DNA of 64,000 bases from assembly GCA_049517415.1 (NCBI GenBank), contig JBEKSC010000005.1, positions 1 through 64,000 of the forward strand, written 5' to 3'. This document shows, piece by piece, positions 10,020 to 19,830 of this stretch (the first letter of the stretch is position 1; each line of letters starts with the position of its first letter). This DNA is from Candidatus Bathyarchaeia archaeon (GTDB taxonomy: Archaea > Thermoproteota > Bathyarchaeia > 40CM-2-53-6). The translations under genes were made by a program, and so were the position numbers. The notes beneath the pieces were generated by a model, which had not been told where the DNA came from, searched no databases, and saw only the letters and a list, made by a program, of their open reading frames with translations.

Positions 10020-11606
10020 ATGGCCTTTGAGATTCGTAGCAAGGATCTTCTAGGCCGAATCGGGCTACTGCGAACGAAAAGAGGTACACTGCAGACACCG
10101 TTACTTCTGCCTGTTGTAAACCCAAATTCTCAGATAATTCCAGCAAAAGCCTTGCAGGACACTTTCGGATATGACGCCCTAATCACAAACTCCTACCTTG
10201 TGTGGCGTAAATTTCGTGGAGAAAAGGACGTTCCGAAGATACATCAACTCCTGAACTTCGAAGGTGTGGTCGAGACAGATTCCGGAGCTTACCAGATTCT
10301 TCAGTACGGCGATGTGGAAGTTCGACCGAACGAGATCATCCGCTTTCAGGAACGTTTGGACAGTGATATGGCGGTCATACTCGACGTGCCAACTGGGCAA
10401 GATGCATCCAAGGACCGAGCCAAGTGGACGGTTGAGGAGACCTTGCGCAGGGCAGACCAATCATTGAAGGTGATCGAGCGGCGGGACATACTCTGGGTAG
10501 GCCCCGTCCAGGGAGGCGTTTTTCCGGACCTTGTAGCCTACTCCGCCAAGGAAATGGCGAAGCGGGATTTTCAGATTTACGCCCTCGGAAGCCCAACTCC
10601 GGTTATGCAACAATATCGGTACGACGTCTTGGTCGATATGGTAATGGCCGCAAAGATGAATTTGCCACCAGACAGGCCATTTCACTTGTTCGGGGCGGGC
10701 CATCCCATGATGTTTTCATTGGCGGTGGCGTTAGGTTGTGACATCTTCGATTCCGCCTCCTATGCGCTCTTTGCTCGGAACGGGCGTTACATGACCACGC
10801 AAGGTACAGCAAAGATTGAGGATTTGGAATATTTCCCCTGCAGCTGTCCCGCCTGCCATAAGAAAACTCCTGATCAGGTCAAGAAGTTTCTCCTGATGGA
10901 TCGGGATCGTTTCCTGGCATCCCATAACCTACACACGTGCTTGGGCGAGCTGCAAACCATCAAGCAGGCCATAGTTGACGGAAGGCTCTGGGAACTCGTT
11001 GAAACAAGGTCGCGAACTCATCCCGCCCTCCACACCGCATTCAACAGGCTACTAACTTACGCTGAGAATCTGGAGGAAGGTACGCCAGTAAGAAAGAAGA
11101 AGGGCCCCTTCATCTTCACTGAGACCTCCCTACGCCGCCCAGAAATTCTTCGCTACCAAAAGCGGCTACTTGAGAGATACCGTCCACCGACTCGCGCCAC
11201 GAAACTGATTCTTTTCCCCGAATCCCAACTGGAGCCATTCCAAGAGGATTCTACCCTTCAAAACTCGCTACGAAGGTTCGAGAGGCGAAGCGATGTTCAC
11301 ATTTGCGCATACGGGCTCACATTTGCAGTAGTCCCTCAAGAACTACTCGATGTCTACCCTCTTTCCCAAACGGAGAGCGCCCTCTCACCAACCAACATGG
11401 CGATCAACAACGCCCTGAAACGGATCACGGAATACCTGAAAGCAGCAGCATACGCACGTTGTTTAATCTTTGTAGAGGAACCATGGCAAGTGAGAGTTGG
11501 GCGAGCAATAAGAACCAAGTTTAGGAGGAAAATGAAAGTTACGATCATCGAAGCCAAGAGCTACGACAAACAACTGTTTTCGAAAGCCATGGAAGCGCTG
11601 AAATAA
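10020..11606 (+). CDS. tgtA: Archaeosine tRNA-guanine(15) transglycosylase
   Basis: TDSGAYQ, ILDVP, VQGG, HLFGAGHP, FDSASY, CSCPAC...H Zn site. Confidence 0.95.
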   Translation: MAFEIRSKDLLGRIGLLRTKRGTLQTPLLLPVVNPNSQIIPAKALQDTFGYDALITNSYLVWRKFRGEKDVPKIHQLLNFEGVVETDSGAYQILQYGDVEVRPNEIIRFQERLDSDMAVILDVPTGQDASKDRAKWTVEETLRRADQSLKVIERRDILWVGPVQGGVFPDLVAYSAKEMAKRDFQIYALGSPTPVMQQYRYDVLVDMVMAAKMNLPPDRPFHLFGAGHPMMFSLAVALGCDIFDSASYALFARNGRYMTTQGTAKIEDLEYFPCSCPACHKKTPDQVKKFLLMDRDRFLASHNLHTCLGELQTIKQAIVDGRLWELVETRSRTHPALHTAFNRLLTYAENLEEGTPVRKKKGPFIFTETSLRRPEILRYQKRLLERYRPPTRATKLILFPESQLEPFQEDSTLQNSLRRFERRSDVHICAYGLTFAVVPQELLDVYPLSQTESALSPTNMAINNALKRITEYLKAAAYARCLIFVEEPWQVRVGRAIRTKFRRKMKVTIIEAKSYDKQLFSKAMEALK

Positions 11607-11677
11607 CGAATCTTTCCACTATTAGAATAAGCTAAAATGTAATTCTCGAAGCATATGGGGGTTCGGATAGCGAACCT

Positions 11678-11887
11678 ATGAACTTGGAACAAGTGAAGCG
11701 TGAGGTCAAGGCGCTGGGGAAATCTCCGATAACGGAGAAGGCTTACCCGATAACTTCTGATTGGGTGCCCTTACCCGACGTGCTCGCAATATTAAACCGG
11801 TTCGAGAAGCATTGGAAGAAATATGAAGATAGCAAAAAAGGTGCGAGCGAGGCAAAGCTGATTACTGAAATTATAGGAGAATCATAA
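11678..11887 (+). CDS. Small hypothetical protein
   Basis: 69-aa ORF with ATG start filling an intergenic gap. Confidence 0.55.
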   Translation: MNLEQVKREVKALGKSPITEKAYPITSDWVPLPDVLAILNRFEKHWKKYEDSKKGASEAKLITEIIGES

Positions 11888-11941
11888 ATCGCACGCGAAT
11901 TTCCTAATTCGTAGACTTTAATTGAATTAAATATAGATTAG

Positions 11942-13015
11942 TTGGCGGAAACATTGCAGCGAGAAAAAGTTCTAAGGCATCCTACCCGACCTGTCGAAGT
12001 TCAACCGGAGAAAACAATCAGTGAATTACTTGGGGATATGGCGCTCACAGGGTTTCAAGGTCGGAAACTAGGTGAAGCCGCGGACGCTTGGACGGCGGTC
12101 CTCAAGAAACGTGAGGTGGTGATATGGTTAGGCCTTGCTGGGGCCATGGTTCCCGCAGGGATGCGTGGACTAATCACCTACCTAGTACGGCGGCGAATGG
12201 TCGACGTGCTCGTAACGACAGGTGCAACACTCTATCATGATGCTTACGAAACTATCGGTGGCAAACACTTCCAGGGAACAGATCAAATAGATAACGTAAT
12301 GCTCAGGCGAAACAGAATCGACCGGATGTACGATGTGTATGCCGACGAGCTAAAATTCTACCACTTAGACGTAATGATCGAGAAGGAATTCTCTTCACGC
12401 CTCCAATCCGGACGGCCATATTCCTCGCGTGAGATTATGCATGAGTTTGGCAAATGGATTTCACGAATGGCAAAAGGTAGGGACGGAATATGTGTAGCTG
12501 CGTACGAAATGGGCGTCCCCATATTCGTCCCGGCATTTTGCGACAGCGGGTTAGGTTTTTCGCTCATGTTCGCTAACAGGAGAAGGAAACGCCGTATCAT
12601 TGTAGACCACATGCGGGATGTTGACGAGAGTTCTAAGATTACAGAGAAGTCAAGCCACACGGCCGTGATTATTGTCGGTGGCGGTGTTCCGAAGAATTTC
12701 ATACAACAAACGGCCGTGATAGCGAGTTACCAAACCCGCCACGACCGAACGCACGACTTTGCGATCCAGTTTACTACTGATGTCCCCCAATGGGGAGGGT
12801 TGAGCGGGTCGACCTTCGAAGAGGCCCAAAGCTGGGGTAAGTACCACCGTCATTCTCGGATGGTTCAGTGTTTCACCGACGCGACAATTGCTCTCCCAAT
12901 AGTTACCCACGCGCTTAGTCAACGGTTTAAGAGATTCAGGCGGCACGTGCCGAGGTTTCACTGGAGCAACCAAACCGAGATGTTACAGGTAACTTACGAA
13001 TCGGTCAAGCTATAG
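11942..13015 (+). CDS. Deoxyhypusine synthase family protein
   Basis: TGFQG, GAMVPAG, VTTGA..HD, GGGVPKNF, GGLSG.TFEEAQSWGK with the catalytic Lys. Confidence 0.92.
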   Translation: MAETLQREKVLRHPTRPVEVQPEKTISELLGDMALTGFQGRKLGEAADAWTAVLKKREVVIWLGLAGAMVPAGMRGLITYLVRRRMVDVLVTTGATLYHDAYETIGGKHFQGTDQIDNVMLRRNRIDRMYDVYADELKFYHLDVMIEKEFSSRLQSGRPYSSREIMHEFGKWISRMAKGRDGICVAAYEMGVPIFVPAFCDSGLGFSLMFANRRRKRRIIVDHMRDVDESSKITEKSSHTAVIIVGGGVPKNFIQQTAVIASYQTRHDRTHDFAIQFTTDVPQWGGLSGSTFEEAQSWGKYHRHSRMVQCFTDATIALPIVTHALSQRFKRFRRHVPRFHWSNQTEMLQVTYESVKL

Positions 13016-13026
13016 CGGGATGGATT

Positions 13027-13311
13027 TCACCCGTACTTGTAAGAAATTCCAAACCCGCCCTTCGGGTTCTTCCAACCTATGTCATAGCAAGCAATCCTGC
13101 AGGCCCCGCATTCCACGCAGGCATCGTAGGTAATCGTGATTTTGTTTTCTTCCCATTTGTATACATCCGTGGGGCAGACCCTGATGCATGCAAAGTCGAA
13201 AGGGCATCGCAGGCACATTTTGGGATCTTTAATCCATAGGTGTGATTCTTCGTCGACTTTGTAGCGGTTCCGGTACAGCTTGTCCTCGATAGACAGAACA
13301 CGCTGTGTCAT
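13027..13311 (-). CDS. fixX: FixX/EtfX ferredoxin
   Basis: CLRC...C...CP, CVECGAC and W..PKGGFGISYKYG. Confidence 0.92.
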   Translation of the reverse strand: MTQRVLSIEDKLYRNRYKVDEESHLWIKDPKMCLRCPFDFACIRVCPTDVYKWEENKITITYDACVECGACRIACYDIGWKNPKGGFGISYKYG

Positions 13312-14588
13312 CAGAACAGCCTCCAGACATGGTAGAAATCACGGATTAGACTAATTCGTGAGCGCCGTTTGAAAAGCGTAGCCTTCATACGCTTAATCCT
13401 GTCACCCTTGAACTCATCGTCCACGACATGCCACATGTAGAAGAGCTCGTTAAGAGCTTCAGGGTAAACTGTGAAGAAGTCAGGGTTTGATGAGAAGAAT
13501 TCTGGGATGCCCCTATACTTCTTCAAATCCTTCAGAACGAAGCTTTCTTCCAATCTCTCCCTGTACTTCTTTAGTGTTCTCGATGAGAAGTCATTCTTCT
13601 TCTTGGCCTCGATGACGGTTTCACCTGCTATAATTCCCGAAGTCATAGCCAAGTTTGTGCCCTCCCAGTTCACAGCGTTGACCAACATCGCAGCATCTCC
13701 GACGACGAGCATGCCATCCGTGTAAATGTTGGCTACGTAATCGTAGCCGCCTTCGGGGATTAAGTGGGCAGAGTATTCTTTGAGTTCCCCATCCTTGATT
13801 AGCGGGGCTATTGACGGGTGGTTCTTGAATTGTTCAAACAAAACGTTTGGGCGTTGCTTGCTCTTGTCTAGGTCACGCATGCTGACGGCTATGCCGATGG
13901 AAATCGTATCTCGGTTAGTGTACATGAACCCAGCGTGCATTCCAGGTCCCCAACCAACCAGTAAGGCGGCTACTCCCTCATCCGTGCCGAGGTTGAAGCG
14001 CTCTTCAATTCTTTGTTTTGGAATCGCGATGACTTCTTTCACGGCTAGTACGACGGCTTCTTGCGGTAGCTCTTCCCTTATTCCCGCTTGTTTGGCAAGC
14101 ATTGAGTTGACGCCGTCGGCAGCTATTACAACATCCGCCCGAATGTCGCCCCGTTCAGTTTTGACGCCGGCAATTTTTCCATCTTGAACCAGAACATCAT
14201 CTACAGTGGTTCGGTTGATGATAACTGCTCCCGCATCCTCCGCCAGCTTGGCGAACCAGGGGTCAAACTTTGCACGGTGGACTGTGAAGGCGTTGTATTG
14301 GCCGTTGAATTTTTGATTTCTATGACTCAACAGTAGGTGTGAGTCTTTTGAGAGAAACCAATATTGATATTCGATCACGTGCCGTTCGACTGGCGCTGTT
14401 TTCCAGAATTCGGGCGCAAGTTTCTCAGTGTGGTGCCTGAAGATGATTCCGCCGAACATGTTCTTGGCGCCAGGTTTCTCCCCTTTTTCGAGAACGAGAA
14501 CCTTCAGTCCGGCTTTAGCCATCGTATAGGCCGCTGCGATTCCAGCGGGGCCGGCACCCACGACTACTGAGTCGAACTTCTCGGTCAT
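13311..14588 (-). CDS. fixC: FixC/EtfC flavoprotein (ETF-quinone oxidoreductase)
   Basis: GAGPAG, GAKNMFGG, ADGVNS, EYSAHLIPEGG, VGDAA. Confidence 0.93.
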   Translation of the reverse strand: MTEKFDSVVVGAGPAGIAAAYTMAKAGLKVLVLEKGEKPGAKNMFGGIIFRHHTEKLAPEFWKTAPVERHVIEYQYWFLSKDSHLLLSHRNQKFNGQYNAFTVHRAKFDPWFAKLAEDAGAVIINRTTVDDVLVQDGKIAGVKTERGDIRADVVIAADGVNSMLAKQAGIREELPQEAVVLAVKEVIAIPKQRIEERFNLGTDEGVAALLVGWGPGMHAGFMYTNRDTISIGIAVSMRDLDKSKQRPNVLFEQFKNHPSIAPLIKDGELKEYSAHLIPEGGYDYVANIYTDGMLVVGDAAMLVNAVNWEGTNLAMTSGIIAGETVIEAKKKNDFSSRTLKKYRERLEESFVLKDLKKYRGIPEFFSSNPDFFTVYPEALNELFYMWHVVDDEFKGDRIKRMKATLFKRRSRISLIRDFYHVWRLF

Positions 14589-16471
14589 GGTGCCAACTCA
14601 GCTGAGTGGACGTTCTTGAGCTCCTCAATTAGGGCTGGGACGACTTTGAACAGGTCGCCAACGATGCCGAAGTCCGCCATTTTGAAGATGGGCGCTTCGG
14701 GGTCTCGGTTTATCGCAACGATGTAGTCGACGTTCATGATGCCGACAATGTGTTGGATCGCTCCGGAAATGCCAATGGCGATGTAGAGGCGCGGCCTGAC
14801 CGTGAACCCTGTTTGGCCAACTTGGTGTTCGGGGCTTATCCATCCGGCTCGGACTGCTGCCCTAGAGGCACCTACTTGTGCTTGGAGAGTTTTCGCGAGT
14901 TCCTCGATTAGTTGGAAGTTCTTGGCTGCTCCTAGCCCTCTTCCTCCGGAAACGATAGCCTGAGCATCTTCCAGGCGAACGTTTCCCTTCTCGATCGGGG
15001 CGAAATCCATCACTTCGGTGTTTAAGTCGGTGGGTTTGAGCGAGATGTCCACGTTGATTATCTCCCCGTCTCTTCCCGCCTCTGGAGGCAGGCTCTTCAT
15101 CACGCGGGGGCGGACGCTGGCCATAGTCGGCCTTTCCTTGGGGCAGATTATGGTGGACATGAGGTTGCCGCCGTAATCGGGCCTCGTGCCCATGAAAGTT
15201 CCAGTCTCCGTATCCACATCCAACCCAGTGCAATCCGCAATAAGACCTGTGCCCAAGAAGGTGGCTGCTGAGCCCGCTAGGTCCCTTCCCCTAATAGTTC
15301 CGCCGACCAAGAGAGCCTCCGGTTTGAATTTCCTAACGGCCTCCTCCATGGCAACGGCGTAAGGCTGCGTCCGGTAATTCTCGAGGTGCTCATCCTCGAC
15401 CAAATAGGCCTTGTCCGCGCCGTGAACAAACGACTCCTTCGCAAGATGTCCAATATCGTTGCCGATGATTATCGCACCGAGTTTAGTTCTGTAAATCTCT
15501 GCGAGCCGTTTTCCTTCGCCTAGAAGTTCCCATGAAACTTGGGAGGGTTTCCCATGAAGGTGTTCAACGAAGACCCAAACCTCGCCGTACTTCCCGGAAT
15601 TCTCAACTTTTCCCCTCTCTTTTGGAAGCTCGGGCACGGTTTCGGCGGGTTTTGGTGGTGGGGGTCCGAGTGCGTGAACTCGGATGAGGTTTTGAAGCAG
15701 CCATTTTGCGGCGGTTTTCGGATCCGTATTCCCGTCAAAGACTTCCCCTTGTTTCCTTCCGGGGGGAGGAAACACTTTCTTGACGATTGTCGGGGAACCC
15801 TTGAGGCCTAGAAGATTTGAGTCGGCGTTTATCGCTTTTTTGTCCCACACTTCGATGTTTGTTCTCTTTGCGTTTAGCATGCCTTCGATCGTGAATTTTC
15901 TCGGTTTGTTTGCTTCCTCAGTAATAGTTAGAACCGCTGGGAGGCTCGCCTTAACCGTCTCAATGCCGTCGTCGAATCTATGCTTCGCCACTATGGCTCG
16001 TGATTTCAGGTCGACTTGCTCTATTTTCGTGACGTTCGAAATGATGGGAATGTTAAATCTCACAGCAAGGCCGGGTGGCACTTGGCCTGTTTCACCATCG
16101 ATTGCAACCTTTCCAGTTAGGATCAGGTCGAACGGGTCGGCCTGCTTTATTGTTGCTATGCTCCTCCAAAGTGTGTAGGACGTCGCTAGGGTATCTGCTC
16201 CCGCCATTTCCCGATCGGAGACCATCACGGCCCTATCGCCGCCCATAGCGAGGGCTTCGCGCAAGCCCTCCTGAGCTTGCAGCGGACCCATTGCTACCGC
16301 AGTTATTTTCCCGCCAAGCTTCTCCTTCAGCCGAATCGCTTCTTCGAGGGCGTTGAGGCAGAAGGGGTTGACTATCGAGGGGACGCCTTCCCGGATCAGA
16401 TTGAGCGTAATTGGGTCAAAACGAATGTCCGTGGCATCAGGAACATGCTTAACACAGACAACGGTGTGCAA
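14585..16471 (-). CDS. Fused electron transfer flavoprotein beta-alpha (FixA-FixB)
   Basis: N-half VCVKHVPD, GADTLATS, DGETGQV, GSPT (EtfB); Pro-rich linker; C-half TGL.ADCT, SGGRG, QVGQTG, GISGAIQH (EtfA). Confidence 0.92.
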   Translation of the reverse strand: MHTVVCVKHVPDATDIRFDPITLNLIREGVPSIVNPFCLNALEEAIRLKEKLGGKITAVAMGPLQAQEGLREALAMGGDRAVMVSDREMAGADTLATSYTLWRSIATIKQADPFDLILTGKVAIDGETGQVPPGLAVRFNIPIISNVTKIEQVDLKSRAIVAKHRFDDGIETVKASLPAVLTITEEANKPRKFTIEGMLNAKRTNIEVWDKKAINADSNLLGLKGSPTIVKKVFPPPGRKQGEVFDGNTDPKTAAKWLLQNLIRVHALGPPPPKPAETVPELPKERGKVENSGKYGEVWVFVEHLHGKPSQVSWELLGEGKRLAEIYRTKLGAIIIGNDIGHLAKESFVHGADKAYLVEDEHLENYRTQPYAVAMEEAVRKFKPEALLVGGTIRGRDLAGSAATFLGTGLIADCTGLDVDTETGTFMGTRPDYGGNLMSTIICPKERPTMASVRPRVMKSLPPEAGRDGEIINVDISLKPTDLNTEVMDFAPIEKGNVRLEDAQAIVSGGRGLGAAKNFQLIEELAKTLQAQVGASRAAVRAGWISPEHQVGQTGFTVRPRLYIAIGISGAIQHIVGIMNVDYIVAINRDPEAPIFKMADFGIVGDLFKVVPALIEELKNVHSAELAP

Positions 16472-16605
16472 TACGTCTCAACCTTATCCAGCGGAATTTG
16501 TTCCCTGCGCCCATTGCGGCCCGATTCGAATTTTTGTTCGGGAGAGCATAGACTGCCCTTTTAGTGTTTCCCGCAACGAAAAATATTGGGGATAAGGCTA
16601 TTGTT

Positions 16606-16857
16606 TCATTCTTCGTCTGGTCCCGCTTCTTCGGGTGCCTCAACGGCAACCTCAGTTGCGGCCGCGCGTTCCGCTTCGACAACCTTCAGCCTCGTCACGT
16701 ACCCTGCTATCCTATTACGCAAGCGCTTAGACTGCGTAGACACCAAATCATTAACGGCTTGCTTATCGGATTCAAAGTCTCCAGTGAAACGTTCAGGGAA
16801 TCTTCTAAGTACCTCTCTAGAGGTTCGCTTCACTGTATCAGTCCGAACTTTCCCCAA
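16606..16857 (-). CDS. rps17e: 30S ribosomal protein eS17
   Basis: MGKVRT...F..DF..K...SKRLRNRIAGYVT; TTG start at 16857. Confidence 0.95.
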   Translation of the reverse strand: MGKVRTDTVKRTSREVLRRFPERFTGDFESDKQAVNDLVSTQSKRLRNRIAGYVTRLKVVEAERAAATEVAVEAPEEAGPDEE

Positions 16858-17042
16858 ACGCAACAGCTCTGAATCGAACCATGAGCAAGGCGCACTCAAC
16901 ATAAACTTTGCTAATGCGGGCCTTGTCAAGTCTCCGTCGGTTCAGCGGATTTCAATCCGTTGTCAAAGTTCGTCGGGTACAAAACTCCAAATCTGTCTTG
17001 TTACGTCCTTGACGTGCGCGTTCAAGGCTGGTGTGAAGTAGG

Positions 17043-17894
17043 TTGGGCTTCGAATCTGAATTCAGGAATACGCTCATCTTCGCCATTGTCTATGTCTTTG
17101 TGGAGAAGGGGCTAACATACTTGCTTACCCTCCCAGTGGTCCCCTCTCAACTGTTGTTCGCCCTAACGGGGTTCTATGATGTTGGAACCTTCGCGGTATC
17201 TTTTGTATTGGCTCTTGGCCTGTTTTCTCTACTTACGATTAGGAGAACGCCCAAAGGACTGAGGGCTTACTTATTCTTCCCAAAGGGGACGACACCAAAC
17301 AACAAGAATCTTGATTTTCATGGGCAGAACTTCAATCACAGGCTGATAGTCAACTTCAAGACGACACCACCAGCCGCTTTCGTACTTACTCCCGATTCAT
17401 ACGCGTGGAAGCTAGTTAAGAAACAGGGAGAAGCGGTGTTATCTAAGGAGATTGATACCGCTCCGAACGACCCAAACTTCTTGGAGAGATGGTGCAAGAA
17501 AAGGGGGTACGTTCTGAGTCCAGAAGTTCCCGACCGTACGCCACTACTTGGGAATGGGCGAATCACTAAGCCGCATCGTTTGGACATTCACTACGAGCAC
17601 ATGCGATACGAGGGCTTCTTTCCATTCTATTGTTACCTGCTTCCAATGATGATTAAGAATACACCACATAGGCGCGTGATGCTGAATCTTTCAAGCATGA
17701 AGGCATTCCCGATGGATTCCGAACAATGGTATTGGGCAACTTGCGGTAGGATTAAGGGACATGTGGGAATCGCGAGTCCGAGGCTTCAGCACGCAAAGAA
17801 GTGGGCAACAGAACATGAGTTCGAATGGGTTCAATTTCCAAAGAAAGGTGAAATGTTCGAGAAGAATGACGAGGAAAGACAAGCCAACAAATGA
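17043..17894 (+). CDS. Hypothetical membrane protein with two N-terminal TM helices and an apparently duplicated soluble domain
   Basis: 283-aa ORF; internal similarity between about aa 100-160 and aa 210-265. Confidence 0.65.
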   Translation: MGFESEFRNTLIFAIVYVFVEKGLTYLLTLPVVPSQLLFALTGFYDVGTFAVSFVLALGLFSLLTIRRTPKGLRAYLFFPKGTTPNNKNLDFHGQNFNHRLIVNFKTTPPAAFVLTPDSYAWKLVKKQGEAVLSKEIDTAPNDPNFLERWCKKRGYVLSPEVPDRTPLLGNGRITKPHRLDIHYEHMRYEGFFPFYCYLLPMMIKNTPHRRVMLNLSSMKAFPMDSEQWYWATCGRIKGHVGIASPRLQHAKKWATEHEFEWVQFPKKGEMFEKNDEERQANK

Positions 17895-18039
17895 GAGGTT
17901 GTCCCTTAGACTTGAAGTACTCTCCGAGTACGGCTCTTACGGCTTCTGGAATGGTTTCTAGTTTTCTAGCCCTCCGTTCTCCTTCTAATGCTTTGAGCAT
18001 GTCGTCGGATACGGAGAGCATCATTTTCTTCATAGCCAT
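17752..18039 (-). CDS. Ribbon-helix-helix (CopG/MetJ-like) DNA-binding protein; 3' end overlaps the convergent ORF
   Basis: KKMMLSVSDDMLKALE....R.LETIPEAVRAVL pattern. Confidence 0.7.
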   Translation of the reverse strand: MAMKKMMLSVSDDMLKALEGERRARKLETIPEAVRAVLGEYFKSKGQPLICWLVFPRHSSRTFHLSLEIEPIRTHVLLPTSLRAEASDSRFPHVP

Positions 18040-18080
18040 ATTCAAATCGACTTTACAGAACCGTATTGCCTGTTCAAATC

Positions 18081-18850
18081 CTAATGCGGAATGAGTTTCC
18101 GGAAATTGCTCCAGACCGCTTCCCGCACTTCGTCAATGTGAAGGCCCTTAAGCTCAGCCACTCTCCGTACCACCTCTATTACGAATGAAGGTTGCGTAAG
18201 CCGGCCTTCGAAAGGTCCGCGGTATTTCACCGGACCGTCGGTTTCGCTCAATATGATGTCCAATGCTCCGTTACTTGCAACTTCATTTATCGCCCGAGAG
18301 TAGAATACTGCTGGCCCGATCGAGATCAGGTAACCTCTTTCTGTGATCACCTCAAGTTTGTCTAATGGTCCATCATACCAATGTAACAGGACTTTGGGCA
18401 GGTGGAATTCTTGCAAGGCTCCCAGTACTTCATCAACTGCCAACCTTGAATGGACTACCACTGGCAATCCATTACGCTCGGCCAGGCCCAGGAAGAACCT
18501 GAAAACCTCCAACTGACGTTTTCTAACCTGCTCATCTTGGGTGTACTTTCCGTCAAGCCCTACCTCTCCGATTGCGGCAACGTACTCTGCATCTTCCTCA
18601 ATTAGCTGCTGAAACTCGTCCAGACGTTGGTCCTTTGTGTTCATCACCGTCGATGGATGAACTCCTATGGCCGCGAGAACCCTTGAAGAGTATCGTTTCG
18701 CCAGGGCTATAGTTTGGGTTGACGTCTCATAATCCACGAGTTTGAGAGAAGGCACATCACCTTATTCTTGATCGCATCATCAAGGGCCTGTTCTATCCGG
18801 CCAGCAAAGCCAGGTTCCGCTAGATGTAGGTGGGCGTCTACGTAGCTCAA
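18081..18850 (-). pseudogene. tatD: TatD-family nuclease with a 1-nt frameshift near 18737 (pseudogene or sequence error)
   Basis: N-terminal MSYVDAHLHL (TTG 18850) is in a different frame from GVHP, IGEVGLD, VHSR, LHW and ETDGP. Confidence 0.85.
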
Positions 18851-19044
18851 GGCAGTTCTCCTGGTTTCATACTTTCAATGTGTGAGTTTCGCATGTCGAA
18901 GGGAGGCATTTTTTGCAATAAAAAAGTTAGTTTCGCTCAATGTAAGCCAAGAGAATACAAAACGCCCATCTATCAAGCCGTGTTAGGCCTACGGGGCAAG
19001 TTTTAATAGCCCCGAACCGCACGCGTTAAAAATCGTGTTCTTTC

Positions 19045-19275
19045 ATGGCTCCTGAAGAACTATCGACGGCCGCAGTCCGTCGCCTGATAGAAATGGCCGG
19101 TGCTGATAGGGTCGGAGATGATGCCGTAGAGGAGCTGGGTAAGATATTGGAGGATTATGCTGTTAAGGTTGGGACGGAAGCAACTGGCCTAGCTCGCCAT
19201 GCGGGAAGGAAGACTGTGAAAGCTCAGGACATACAACTGGCCGTCAAGCGAGTGTCCTCGCCGCAGGGCCCTTAG
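19045..19275 (+). CDS. Archaeal histone (HMf family)
   Basis: AAVRRLI..AGA.RV..DA and ARHAGRKTVKA.DI.LA. Confidence 0.95.
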   Translation: MAPEELSTAAVRRLIEMAGADRVGDDAVEELGKILEDYAVKVGTEATGLARHAGRKTVKAQDIQLAVKRVSSPQGP

Positions 19276-19344
19276 GCGAAGGGCGTAGGGCAGCCTCTAA
19301 AAGCTGTCTAGCGTAGGTTATACACGGTTAGGCGTCTTCTTCGT

Positions 19345-19725
19345 TCAGTGGCAGGGTTTAGGTTGTGCCATTTCGGTCTTCTGCGCTGTTTTGAATGATA
19401 GGCCGCAACCGCAACTTGCAATAGCGTTCGGGTTGTTGAACTTGAACCCCGATGATTGAATGCTTTCGTAATAGTCGATCTGCATTCCCTTCAATAGTTC
19501 CATGCTCTTCGGGTCGACAACGATCTTGCAGCTATCACTCTCGAGGACGTAATCGTCAGCCTTAACGAAACCAATGGCCATACCATAGTTGAGGCCCGCG
19601 CAACCGCCCCCGAAAACAAAAACTCGCAGGGCTTTCCCAACGTTCTCAGGCTTCTGCAGCACTGCCTTCGCCCTATCCAATGCCTTCTCCGTGAAATTGA
19701 GCTGTGGTTGCGAAACTGTTTCCAT
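19345..19725 (-). CDS. A-type Fe-S carrier (HesB/IscA/ErpA)
   Basis: GGGCAG...F.NPNA..SCGCG.SF. Confidence 0.93.
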   Translation of the reverse strand: METVSQPQLNFTEKALDRAKAVLQKPENVGKALRVFVFGGGCAGLNYGMAIGFVKADDYVLESDSCKIVVDPKSMELLKGMQIDYYESIQSSGFKFNNPNAIASCGCGLSFKTAQKTEMAQPKPCH

Positions 19726-19830
19726 TTTTCTGACCCGTTTATGCCATATGGATTAACTAATCGAGAACCTGCAAGCTTGGCTAATAAAAATCCTTTGCTT
19801 CCAACAGAGCAGGCACATTCCAAGGTCTGC

